Source: Burkholderiales bacterium (lineage in GTDB: Bacteria > Pseudomonadota > Gammaproteobacteria > Burkholderiales > JACQAP01). From it: a stretch of 64,000 nt of DNA. The notes under the pieces are model-generated. The model ran no database searches. It was not told the origin of the DNA and was given only the letters and a program-made list of their open reading frames with translations. Made by a program: the position numbers and the translations under genes. The stretch spans positions 40,583 to 104,582 of the forward strand of contig JBJMWI010000176.1 in assembly GCA_045810225.1 (NCBI GenBank), written 5' to 3'. Positions 19,014-27,132 of this stretch are shown piece by piece (positions within the stretch are counted from its first letter, which is position 1; each line of letters starts with the position of its first letter).

Positions 19014-20618
19014 TCAGGGCAGCGCGAACACCGTCACCGTCATTGATCCCGGCGGCCCGAGCCAGAATCCAGCAGCCATCCCGGAGACAGCAGCGACATA
19101 TTGTTTGCCCGCCACCCCATAACTAATCACACCGCCCACGATTGCGCCACCGCCGCTATAGCGATAGACGACCTTGCCGGTGCGTGCATCCAGTGCCAGG
19201 AAATCACCACTCAGTTCGCCGGTGAACAGCATGTCCCCCGAGGTCACAGTCACGGCGGCGAGCATTGGACGATTTGCCCGATAACGCCAAAGTTGCTCAC
19301 CGGTCGTCGCTTTCACGGCTGTCAGCCAGCCTGCGGATTTTTCCACCGGGTCCCAAGTAAAAGAGCCGCCGAGGAACTGCTGTCCTGCCACAAAGCGGGC
19401 CTCGTCTTCCTTCTTGAAAACGCCGCACCAGTCAACCGCTGGCACGACCATCAGGTCAAGCTTCGGACTGTAGGCCGGGACGCTCCATTCCACGCCGCCG
19501 GCCAGGCCGGGACAGGTATAGACGCCATCTTCGGTTGGTTCGCGATCGGCATTGGTACGCGTAGCGACTTCGACCGCGTAAAGTTCTTCGCGGGTATTGC
19601 GGTCCACCAGACGCATCACACCGTCTTTCGCCGCCATGGTGACCACATCGCGTGGCTTGCCGGCAATCGTGGCTTTGAACAGAGGCGCCGTGACCGGCAT
19701 ATCCCAATCATGCGTGTCGTGAGGCACCGCCTGTTTATGCCACAGCAGCGCGCCGGTGCGCACATCCAGCACGACGATGGAATTGGTGTAGAGATTGGTA
19801 CCCGGCCGCAGACTCCCAAACATATCGGGCGCTGGATTGCCGACCGCCACGTAAAGGCGTCCGCTGTTTACGTCGAGCGCTGGCGTAGTCCAGATGCCAC
19901 CGCCGCCTTTAAGCCGCGAATCTGCGTCGCCCCAGGTTTCCGCGCCGGCTTCACCATCGTCCGGAATCGTATTGAATCTCCAGACCGCAGCACCGTCTTC
20001 CAGCCTGAATGCGCCGATCCATCCCTTTACGCCGAACTCGGAGCCGGACGGGCCGATGATGACCAGGTCCTCAAACAACAGCGGATTGATCGAAAGTGCT
20101 TCGTATTTTTCGGCATTGGCCGCTTTGACCTCCCAGAGCAGCTTCCCCGTTTGTGCGTCGAGCGCAAACATCCACCCATCCTGTGCACCGCGTACTAGCT
20201 TGCCATCCTTGATGGCGACGCCGCGGTTCTTGATCGAGCCGTTTGCGTCCTTGCCCTTCGGCTTCCACTCGTGGCGCCATTTCACCTTGCAAGTTGCGGG
20301 ATCGAGTGCAATGGTCGAATAAAGCGTGGTGACATACATCACGCCGCCATAGACGATCGGGTTGTTCAGTGCACGGTTCAGGTCCGCGCCCTGAAAACTG
20401 CAAACGGGCCGTAGAGAAGCCGCGTTGTCGGGTCTGATCTGGCCCAGCTTTACATAGCGCACGCCGGCGTAATCATGATTCGGTAGCAACCATTCGGTAC
20501 TGGCCGACGCATTGTTGAGTTCTTCTTGCGTTGGTCCAGGCGCAGCGCGCGGCTGGCCGGAGAAGACTGCGACAAATACAATCAGCGTCAAAGCGTTCGA
20601 AGCGACAACCTTGCTCAT
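19014..20618 (-). CDS. periplasmic PQQ-dependent dehydrogenase (beta-propeller type without the vicinal Cys pair)
   Basis: Start at MSKVV (SD GAGGGGGA upstream). A signal peptide is followed by repeated W-docking propeller motifs (GKLLWE, AAVWRF, GALLWHK, GEQLWRY, GKVVYRY) and HDTHDWDM. Confidence 0.82.
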   Translation of the reverse strand: MSKVVASNALTLIVFVAVFSGQPRAAPGPTQEELNNASASTEWLLPNHDYAGVRYVKLGQIRPDNAASLRPVCSFQGADLNRALNNPIVYGGVMYVTTLYSTIALDPATCKVKWRHEWKPKGKDANGSIKNRGVAIKDGKLVRGAQDGWMFALDAQTGKLLWEVKAANAEKYEALSINPLLFEDLVIIGPSGSEFGVKGWIGAFRLEDGAAVWRFNTIPDDGEAGAETWGDADSRLKGGGGIWTTPALDVNSGRLYVAVGNPAPDMFGSLRPGTNLYTNSIVVLDVRTGALLWHKQAVPHDTHDWDMPVTAPLFKATIAGKPRDVVTMAAKDGVMRLVDRNTREELYAVEVATRTNADREPTEDGVYTCPGLAGGVEWSVPAYSPKLDLMVVPAVDWCGVFKKEDEARFVAGQQFLGGSFTWDPVEKSAGWLTAVKATTGEQLWRYRANRPMLAAVTVTSGDMLFTGELSGDFLALDARTGKVVYRYSGGGAIVGGVISYGVAGKQYVAAVSGMAAGFWLGPPGSMTVTVFALP

Positions 20619-20657
20619 GGTTTCTGATTCCCCCTCATGCATGACTTTCAGTCAAGT

Positions 20658-21068
20658 TCAATGCGGCTGCAGTGTGACCGCTTTCATCAGCGGCGCTTTC
20701 GGCACCAGCTCCTGCTCCCCGGCCGGGTAGTTGTTGACCTTCAGAATGAAGGCCACCACGTCGGCATACTGTGCTTTGCTGAGCGAACCGGGCGCGTTGT
20801 TGGGCATCAAGCTGCGGACAATGTAGTACAGATCGTCGAGCGTGTGCTTGCCATCTTCCCAGCGCGCACGAAAGGACTCCCCGGTGAGCGGTGCGGCGGG
20901 CGAACCCTGCAGCCGTGCGCCATGGCATGCCGAACAAAATTGCTGATAGGTTTCTTCGCCGCGCGAGGCCTGTGCCAGTGAATAGAACCCTTCCTCGGCC
21001 CCAGCGCTCAAAGCGCCAAGCACAAAGCATGTGGCCAGAAAAACACGAATGCAAATTTGTGCAGTCAC
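20658..21068 (-). CDS. c-type cytochrome (monohaem)
   Basis: 136 aa with a signal peptide and the haem-binding motif CSACH, plus a distal Met region. It ends 39 nt upstream of the PQQ dehydrogenase gene. Confidence 0.85.
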   Translation of the reverse strand: MTAQICIRVFLATCFVLGALSAGAEEGFYSLAQASRGEETYQQFCSACHGARLQGSPAAPLTGESFRARWEDGKHTLDDLYYIVRSLMPNNAPGSLSKAQYADVVAFILKVNNYPAGEQELVPKAPLMKAVTLQPH

Positions 21069-21087
21069 AAAAGGTCCCCCGAGCGCA

Positions 21088-21561
21088 TTACTGGAATCGC
21101 AGGACGTTTTCGGGCGCGTGAGTCGCAGATACGAATATTTTCCAGCCGTCGCCCGTTTTCCAAAAATGATAAGTCAGGCCGACCCGCTCCAGTATCGAGC
21201 CATCCAAGCGATAGCGGACCGCAACGCCGCTGGCCAGCGCGGTCTGCGCATCGAGCAGGCGGCCGTTCAGGGATTCCCATTCGCTACGCTCGTAACCCCG
21301 TTCAATCATGGCGCGTAAATAACCGGCGAAAAAAGCTTGCTGGTCGGCGCGAGTTGCACGAACAACAGGGCCCGCCTTGCTGACTCGCATCGCCGGCTCA
21401 AAATAGAACCCTGCGATGGCCTGAGCGTCATGCCGGCTCCACGCCTGCTCATACGCCTGCAACGTCTGGCGAACGTCTTCGAATGTCTCCTGCGCGGAGG
21501 CTGGAACGCTGGACATCAAAGTCCACATGCAAGCGACCGCAACTATTCGGATTGATCTCAT
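21088..21561 (-). CDS. exported NTF2-like (SnoaL/DUF4440-type) protein
   Basis: 157 aa with a signal peptide. LQAYEQAWSRHDAQAIAGFY...WKTGDGWKIF is the typical NTF2-like fold signature. Confidence 0.65.
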   Translation of the reverse strand: MRSIRIVAVACMWTLMSSVPASAQETFEDVRQTLQAYEQAWSRHDAQAIAGFYFEPAMRVSKAGPVVRATRADQQAFFAGYLRAMIERGYERSEWESLNGRLLDAQTALASGVAVRYRLDGSILERVGLTYHFWKTGDGWKIFVSATHAPENVLRFQ

Positions 21562-21735
21562 CTGGTTGTCCCCGTTGACATGTTTGTTCTACGATGGGCG
21601 CCGTGCACTTGCCAAGATTCATGCAGGGCGCCATCCTTGCGGATTCTGCGTCGCATGGCAAATCGATTAGTCTGCATTGAGCCGCCCCGCACAAGCCGCA
21701 CGCTTTTACAGCCACGCAATACAGAAGGATTAATC

Positions 21736-22590
21736 ATGGCCTCCACTGCCGCTGTTGCTCCGGTCTGGTTTATCACTGGCTGCTCGACGGGTCTCGGTCG
21801 CGAACTGGCGCAGGCGGTCCTGAACCAGGGCCATCGTGCAGCAGTCACCGCGCGCGATCCAGCGAGCGTCCGGGATATTGTTGCTAATTATCCTGACACC
21901 GCCCTGGCATTGCAGCTCGACGTCGCGAACTACGCCCAGATCGAACAAGCCGTTGCTGCCGCCGAAAAGAAATTCGGCCGCGTCGACGTGCTGGTCAATA
22001 ATGCAGGTTACGGCTATCTCGCCGCTGTCGAGGAAGGCGAGGAAGCGGAAATCCGCGCGATGTTCGAAACCAACTTCTTTGGCCTGGCCGCTTTGATCCG
22101 GCGCGTGCTTCCCGGCATGCGTACCCGCGCGCACGGACACATCATCAACATTTCGTCGGTCGGTGGACTGCTTGGCAATCCCAGCGCGGGATACTACAAC
22201 GCCACGAAATTCGCGGTGGAAGGCTTGTCGGAAGCGCTGGCGAAGGAAGTTGAGCCTCTCGGCTTGCGCGTGACCGTGATTGAGCCGGGGCCGTTTCGCA
22301 CGGATTGGGCTGGACGCTCGCTAAAAAAACCGCGCGTCGCCATCGCCGCTTACGAAGCGACGGCCGGCGCACGCCGTGCACAAATCAGCGGATATAGCGG
22401 CAAGCAACCGGGTGATCCTGCTCGCGCCGCGCAGGCCATCATGCGGGTGGTAGAGTCACCTGCTCCACCGATGAATCTTGTGCTCGGGAAAGAAGGACTC
22501 AAGCGCGTACGCGAGAAGATGGACAAATTCTCCAACACCTTGCGGACCTGGGAAGCGACCACGACGGCGGCCGACTTTCCGGATGCCTAG
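21736..22590 (+). CDS. short-chain dehydrogenase/reductase (SDR)
   Basis: Start at the ATG 21736 preceded by AGGA. Motifs: VWFITGCSTGLGRELA (TGxxxGxG), NNAG, and YNATKFAVEGLSEAL (YxxxK). Confidence 0.9.
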   Translation: MASTAAVAPVWFITGCSTGLGRELAQAVLNQGHRAAVTARDPASVRDIVANYPDTALALQLDVANYAQIEQAVAAAEKKFGRVDVLVNNAGYGYLAAVEEGEEAEIRAMFETNFFGLAALIRRVLPGMRTRAHGHIINISSVGGLLGNPSAGYYNATKFAVEGLSEALAKEVEPLGLRVTVIEPGPFRTDWAGRSLKKPRVAIAAYEATAGARRAQISGYSGKQPGDPARAAQAIMRVVESPAPPMNLVLGKEGLKRVREKMDKFSNTLRTWEATTTAADFPDA

Positions 22591-23583
22591 ATGATGCGAA
22601 CCTCCATACGCGTCGGCGTGCTGGATGACTGGCAAGGCATGGCCGAGCAAAGTGCCGACTGGGCCGCTCTGCAGCAACGGGCCGATGTCGTATTCTTCCA
22701 GGCGCCTTTTGAGGACGCGGACGCACTGGTGAACGCACTTGCCGCTTGCGACATCATCATCGCCATGCGCGAGCGCACCAGATTTTCCAGGGCGCTGCTG
22801 GAACGGCTGCCGAAACTGCGCATGATTGCGCTGACAGGCGGGCGTACCTGGACCATGGACTTCGATACGCTGAATGCGCGTGGCATTCCGGTATGTCATA
22901 CCGGCGGCGAAAAATCCGGTGCGGCGACCGCGGAAATCGCACTGGGGCTGTTGCTGTCTGCGGCGAGGTTCATGAACCGTGGCGATGCGTCGATACGCAG
23001 CGGCGGTTTTCAGGGCGGCGTGCCTGCGGGAAATGTGCTGGACGGGCGCACTCTGGGGATCATCGGTCTGGGCAAAATCGGCGCAAGAATGGCGCGTTAC
23101 GGACTGGCGCTCGGCATGCGGGTCATCGCATGGAGCGAGAACCTTACCGCCGAAAAAGCCAGCGCCGCGGGAGTGCTTCTCGTCGACAAGAGCACGCTTT
23201 TGCGCGAGTCGGACGCCATCTCGCTGCATCTGGTGCTAGCCGATCGCACGCGGGGCACGCTGGGTGCGAACGAGCTGGCGCAAATGAAATCCGGCGCAAT
23301 TCTGATCAATACTTCGCGTGGTCCGCTCGTGGACGAAGCGGCTCTGCTGCAGAATCTGCAGTCGGGCCGGCTCATTGCGGGACTCGATGTCTTCGAACAA
23401 GAGCCGTTACCGACCGATCATCCGTTGCGCAACCTGCCGAACACCGTGTTGACACCACACCTGGGTTATTGCGTGCGCGACGTGTACGCGCAGTTCTACC
23501 AAGAGTCGGTTGACAACGTGCTGTCATTTCTGGATGGCAAACCACAACGGGTTCTGAATCCCGAAGCGCTTAACAGCGCCTGA
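22591..23583 (+). CDS. D-isomer-specific 2-hydroxyacid dehydrogenase family protein
   Basis: 330 aa with GIIGLGKIGARMA (NAD-binding GxGxxG), a SLHLVL...T.G region, and NTSRGPLVDEAAL ... TPHLGY. Confidence 0.9.
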   Translation: MMRTSIRVGVLDDWQGMAEQSADWAALQQRADVVFFQAPFEDADALVNALAACDIIIAMRERTRFSRALLERLPKLRMIALTGGRTWTMDFDTLNARGIPVCHTGGEKSGAATAEIALGLLLSAARFMNRGDASIRSGGFQGGVPAGNVLDGRTLGIIGLGKIGARMARYGLALGMRVIAWSENLTAEKASAAGVLLVDKSTLLRESDAISLHLVLADRTRGTLGANELAQMKSGAILINTSRGPLVDEAALLQNLQSGRLIAGLDVFEQEPLPTDHPLRNLPNTVLTPHLGYCVRDVYAQFYQESVDNVLSFLDGKPQRVLNPEALNSA

Positions 23584-23626
23584 TTTCCCTCACACCGCGA
23601 TCTGTATTCAGGCGCGTCTCTGGTAG

Positions 23627-23649
23627 TTTTTGCAGGTTCTGTGCAAAAA
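23627..23649. promoter_or_regulatory. perfect 8-bp inverted repeat TTTTTGCA-N7-TGCAAAAA (candidate activator site)
   Basis: Read directly from the sequence. It lies about 70-90 bp upstream of the sigma-54-like element at 23719-23733. There is no T-tract after it, so it is unlikely to be a terminator. Confidence 0.3.
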
Positions 23650-23718
23650 GTACCGCCGCCAGTCCGTGATTGCCTTGCGTCCTGCGGTTAAAAACGCGCA
23701 AATTTGTCTGTAACCATC

Positions 23719-23733
23719 TGGCATATGACTTGC
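23719..23733 (+). promoter_or_regulatory. candidate sigma-54 (-24/-12) promoter
   Basis: TGGCAT-ATGAC-TTGC matches the TGGCAC-N5-TTGC consensus spacing. It lies about 70 nt upstream of the PQQ-ADH start codon. Confidence 0.4.
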
Positions 23734-23804
23734 GCAGGACTGCTGATGACTCTCCATCCGCGATTCTGCTTCGCGGACGTGAAGCGCCTCAGGAGATCGC
23801 AGGC

Positions 23805-25574
23805 ATGCCAGCTATTGCTGCAATGTGGACCCGCAATGCTTGGCCGGCTCTTTGGGCGGCATGCATCTCGATAAGCGCCGCCGCTGCTCCCGGCGATTGG
23901 CCTATGGTCGCAAAGGACTATGCCAATACCCGCTACAGCGAGCTGGGCGAGATCGGCGTTGCGAACGCAGCCAATCTGAAGCTCGCATTTACCTTCTCAA
24001 CCGGCGTGTTGCGTGGACACGAGGCAGCCCCGCTGGTCGTCGATGGCGTGATGTACATCGTCACGCCGTATCCGAACTACTTGTACGCACTCGACCTTAG
24101 CAAACCGGGTGCGCCCCAGAAGTGGAAATACGAGCCTAAGCCGCTAGCGTTTGCACAAGGGATGGCGTGCTGCGACGTCGTCAACCGCGGCGTGGCTTAT
24201 GCCGACGGCCGCATTTTTATGAACACGCTTGATAACCATACCATTGCGGTCGATGCCAAGACCGGAAAGGAACTGTGGCGTACGCGTCTGGGAGATGTTG
24301 CGCTCGGGGAATCGATGACCATGGCGCCGCTGGTGGTCAAGGACAAGGTACTGGTCGGCAACAGCGGCGGCGAATATGGTGTGCGCGGCTGGCTGGCGGC
24401 CTTGGATGCGAAGTCCGGCAAAATCGTCTGGCGGGCATACAGCACAGGACCCGATAACGAAGTTCTGATTGGTCAGGAGTTCAAGCCGTTCTATTCCCAG
24501 GACCAAGGAAAAGACCTCGGCGTGTCGAGCTGGCCACCGGAGGCATGGCGCATTGGCGGAGGTGCCGTTTGGGGATTCGTCTCTTACGACGAAAAACTTA
24601 ATCTCATCTATTACGGGACCTCGAATCCGTCTCCCTGGAATCCCGAGCAACGGCCGGGTGATAACAAATGGACTTCGGGAATCTTCGCCCGCAACCCGGA
24701 CACCGGCGCAGCGCGCTGGTTCTACCAGACCAGCCCGCATGATCTGCACGACTATGACGGCATCAATGAAAACGTGCTGTTCGATCTGCCGGCTGGCGGT
24801 GGATCACGTTCGGCCCTGATGCATCCTGATCGCAACGGCTATCTTTATGTCGTCGATCGTGCCACCGGCGAAGTCATCAGCGCGCGACCATACGCACACA
24901 TCACCACGTCGCATGGTGTGGATGCCGCCAGCGGACGACTGCAGTACGTGAAGGATAAGGAACCGAAAGCCGGCAAGGTCATACGCACGATTTGCCCGTC
25001 TTCGTCCGGCGCAAAAGATTGGCAGCCGTCAGCCTATTCGCCGAAAACCGGCTGGCTGTATCTATCAATTCAAAACCTGTGTCAGGACATGGAGGCGACC
25101 AAAGCAAACTACATTGCGGGCACGCCATTTGTGGGCAGCGACCAGAAGATGTACACCGGACCCGGCGGCAACCGCGGCGAATTCGCGGCATGGGAGCCAG
25201 TGGAGGGCCGCAAGAAGTGGAGCATTCCCGAAAAATTTCCGGTCTGGAGTGGTGCGCTGGTGACAGCGGGCGACGTGGTGTTCTACGGCACCATGGAAGG
25301 CTGGTTCAAAGCTGTTGATGCCAGGACAGGGGCGTTGCTGTGGCGCTTTAAAACCGGTTCCGGGATCGTAGGCCAGCCCATCTCCTATCTCGGCCCCGAT
25401 GGCAAACAATATGTGGCGGTGTTGTCCGGCGTGGGGGGATGGGCGGGATCAGTGGTCAGTGCCGATATCGACACGCGCGACGGCACGGCTGCACTGGGAT
25501 TTGCCAACGCCATGCGCGACCTGCCGTCCGAGACCGGCATGGGCGGCATGCTGTACGTGTTCGCGCTGCCATGA
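23805..25574 (+). CDS. PQQ-dependent methanol/ethanol-family dehydrogenase with a lanthanide-type (XoxF/ExaF/PedH-like) active-site signature
   Basis: Start at the ATG 23805 (AGGAGA upstream), with a signal peptide. Vicinal cysteines ACCDVVNRG are at 24168-24173. GNSGGEYGVRGW is present, and D-Y-D is at 24750-24758 (HDLHDYDGINE). Confidence 0.9.
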   Translation: MPAIAAMWTRNAWPALWAACISISAAAAPGDWPMVAKDYANTRYSELGEIGVANAANLKLAFTFSTGVLRGHEAAPLVVDGVMYIVTPYPNYLYALDLSKPGAPQKWKYEPKPLAFAQGMACCDVVNRGVAYADGRIFMNTLDNHTIAVDAKTGKELWRTRLGDVALGESMTMAPLVVKDKVLVGNSGGEYGVRGWLAALDAKSGKIVWRAYSTGPDNEVLIGQEFKPFYSQDQGKDLGVSSWPPEAWRIGGGAVWGFVSYDEKLNLIYYGTSNPSPWNPEQRPGDNKWTSGIFARNPDTGAARWFYQTSPHDLHDYDGINENVLFDLPAGGGSRSALMHPDRNGYLYVVDRATGEVISARPYAHITTSHGVDAASGRLQYVKDKEPKAGKVIRTICPSSSGAKDWQPSAYSPKTGWLYLSIQNLCQDMEATKANYIAGTPFVGSDQKMYTGPGGNRGEFAAWEPVEGRKKWSIPEKFPVWSGALVTAGDVVFYGTMEGWFKAVDARTGALLWRFKTGSGIVGQPISYLGPDGKQYVAVLSGVGGWAGSVVSADIDTRDGTAALGFANAMRDLPSETGMGGMLYVFALP

Positions 25575-26110
25575 AACAGTGCATGCGCTCGCTGGCATGT
25601 GCTGGTGCTGTTGCGCTGGCACTGTGCGCATGCAAGCGTGAGCAGCGGGCCTTCGAACAATCGCCTTCACCGACAGAGTTGGCTCTCAAGAGCGGCATTT
25701 CGCTGCCTTCCTCCACGCCGACCGCAAAGCCAAGCGGATCCTACGAGGAAACCGCCTACGCCATAGCGCAAGGCAAGCAGCTATTCAACTGGTTCAACTG
25801 CACGGGTTGTCACTCGCATGGCGGCGGAGGAATCGGTCCGCCGTTGATGGATGACAAGTGGATTTACGGACATGAGCCGGGCGAAATATTTTCAACCATC
25901 GTAGAAGGCCGGCCAAACGGCATGCCTTCCTTCCGCGGCCGCCTGGATGATTCCCAGGTGTGGCAGCTGGTGGCCTATGTGCGCTCGATGAGCGCACTGG
26001 TGCGTCGCGACGCCATCGCGGGCCGGGATGACGGCATCCAGAAAGGAAAGCCGGAACAGCGGCGCTCCCGTGCCGAGCCGCGGAACAGCAGCGAGGCACC
26101 GCCTCAATGA
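25571..26110 (+). CDS. lipoprotein c-type cytochrome
   Basis: ATGA overlap with the ADH stop. MKQCMRSLACAGAVALALCAC is lipobox-like. Haem motif CTGCH is present, with MPSF as a likely distal Met region. Confidence 0.85.
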   Translation: MKQCMRSLACAGAVALALCACKREQRAFEQSPSPTELALKSGISLPSSTPTAKPSGSYEETAYAIAQGKQLFNWFNCTGCHSHGGGGIGPPLMDDKWIYGHEPGEIFSTIVEGRPNGMPSFRGRLDDSQVWQLVAYVRSMSALVRRDAIAGRDDGIQKGKPEQRRSRAEPRNSSEAPPQ

Positions 26111-27132
26111 ACAGCATTCGGCGCATCGGCTTGTGTCTGCCATCCCTGTTGCTCATGGCGCGGAATGCCCCGGCCGCGGATACGCAAAACGCACTGATGC
26201 CGTTTGGAGTGCAGGCCGCGCACATTCATGACCTGTGGCAAATCCTGTTGTGGGCATGCATGGTCTTCGGGATCCTCATCGTAATTGCAGTGACAGTGGC
26301 CCTCTGGCGTGCTCCGCGCAGTAGCGAAACCACACCGCCAGAACCGATGCCCGGTTTACAGAAGTCGAGCCAGTACGTCGTGACGTGCGCATTGGGAGTT
26401 TCCATCATCGGCTTGCTCGGCCTCACAGTCGCGAGCGTCATGACAGACCGTGCGCTGGCTGGCTTGTCCGAGGAGCGCGTCGTCAACATCAAGATCACGT
26501 CACACAATTGGTGGTGGGAAATCACCTACGACGACGCACAGGCTTCGCGCACTTTCACGACAGCCAATGAGTTGCATGTCCCGACCGGCCGCCCGGTCGT
26601 TGCGACGCTGGAGTCAGATGACGTGATTCACAGTTTCTGGGTGCCGAACCTGCATGGCAAGCGCGACCTGATTCCCGGCAGAACAGCGAAAATAAAATTC
26701 CGTGCGGACAGCGCCGGCACTTACCGGGGCCAGTGTGCGGAATTTTGTGGATACCAACACGCGCACATGGCGCTGCTCGTCGTTGCGGAGCCCGCAGAGG
26801 CATATGAAAAGTGGGCGGACCAGCAGCGCGCTTCGGCGCATGCGCCGGCCGATGAGCAAAAGAAACACGGGGAATCCCTGTTCTTATCCTCGCGCTGCGC
26901 CATGTGCCATTCAATTCAGGGCACCAGCGCCAACGGCAAGGTCGCGCCGGATCTCACCCATGTCGGCAGCCGGCGCTATATCGCTGCCGGGACGCTCTTG
27001 AATGGCCCCGCTCAGCTTGCTGCCTGGATTTCCGACCCGCAACGTTATAAGCCGGGATGCAATATGCCGGGGACCAGCTTTTCCTCTGAAGATCTGCAGG
27101 CACTGGTTACGTACCTGCAAAGCCTGACATGA
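26107..27132 (+). CDS. coxB: cytochrome c oxidase subunit II with a fused C-terminal cytochrome c domain (caa3-like)
   Basis: ATGA overlap upstream. CuA motif HSFWVP...CAEFCGYQHAHM. The C-terminal domain carries the haem motif CAMCH. Confidence 0.9.
   Translation: MNSIRRIGLCLPSLLLMARNAPAADTQNALMPFGVQAAHIHDLWQILLWACMVFGILIVIAVTVALWRAPRSSETTPPEPMPGLQKSSQYVVTCALGVSIIGLLGLTVASVMTDRALAGLSEERVVNIKITSHNWWWEITYDDAQASRTFTTANELHVPTGRPVVATLESDDVIHSFWVPNLHGKRDLIPGRTAKIKFRADSAGTYRGQCAEFCGYQHAHMALLVVAEPAEAYEKWADQQRASAHAPADEQKKHGESLFLSSRCAMCHSIQGTSANGKVAPDLTHVGSRRYIAAGTLLNGPAQLAAWISDPQRYKPGCNMPGTSFSSEDLQALVTYLQSLT

Noticed and set aside
19101-20198. 365-aa plus-strand ORF opposite the PQQ dehydrogenase.
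   Set aside because: It is an antisense shadow ORF, and the minus strand encodes the propeller repeats.
19014-20618. The D-W-D motif (HDTHDWDM) in the first PQQ dehydrogenase as a lanthanide signature.
   Set aside because: This enzyme lacks the Cys-Cys pair, and the motif resembles the glucose/quinate-dehydrogenase-type propeller. The +2 Asp rule was established for methanol/ethanol-family enzymes only, so no metal inference is made.
22456-23513. 257-aa minus-strand and 255-aa alternative-frame plus-strand ORFs over the 2-hydroxyacid dehydrogenase gene.
   Set aside because: The annotated frame has the GxGxxG and catalytic motifs, whereas the alternatives are Arg-rich with no motifs.
23627-23649. 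The TTTTTGCA-N7-TGCAAAAA hairpin as the terminator of the 2-hydroxyacid dehydrogenase gene.
   Set aside because: The stem is AT-rich and weak, and no T-run follows it. It is kept only as a candidate protein-binding palindrome.
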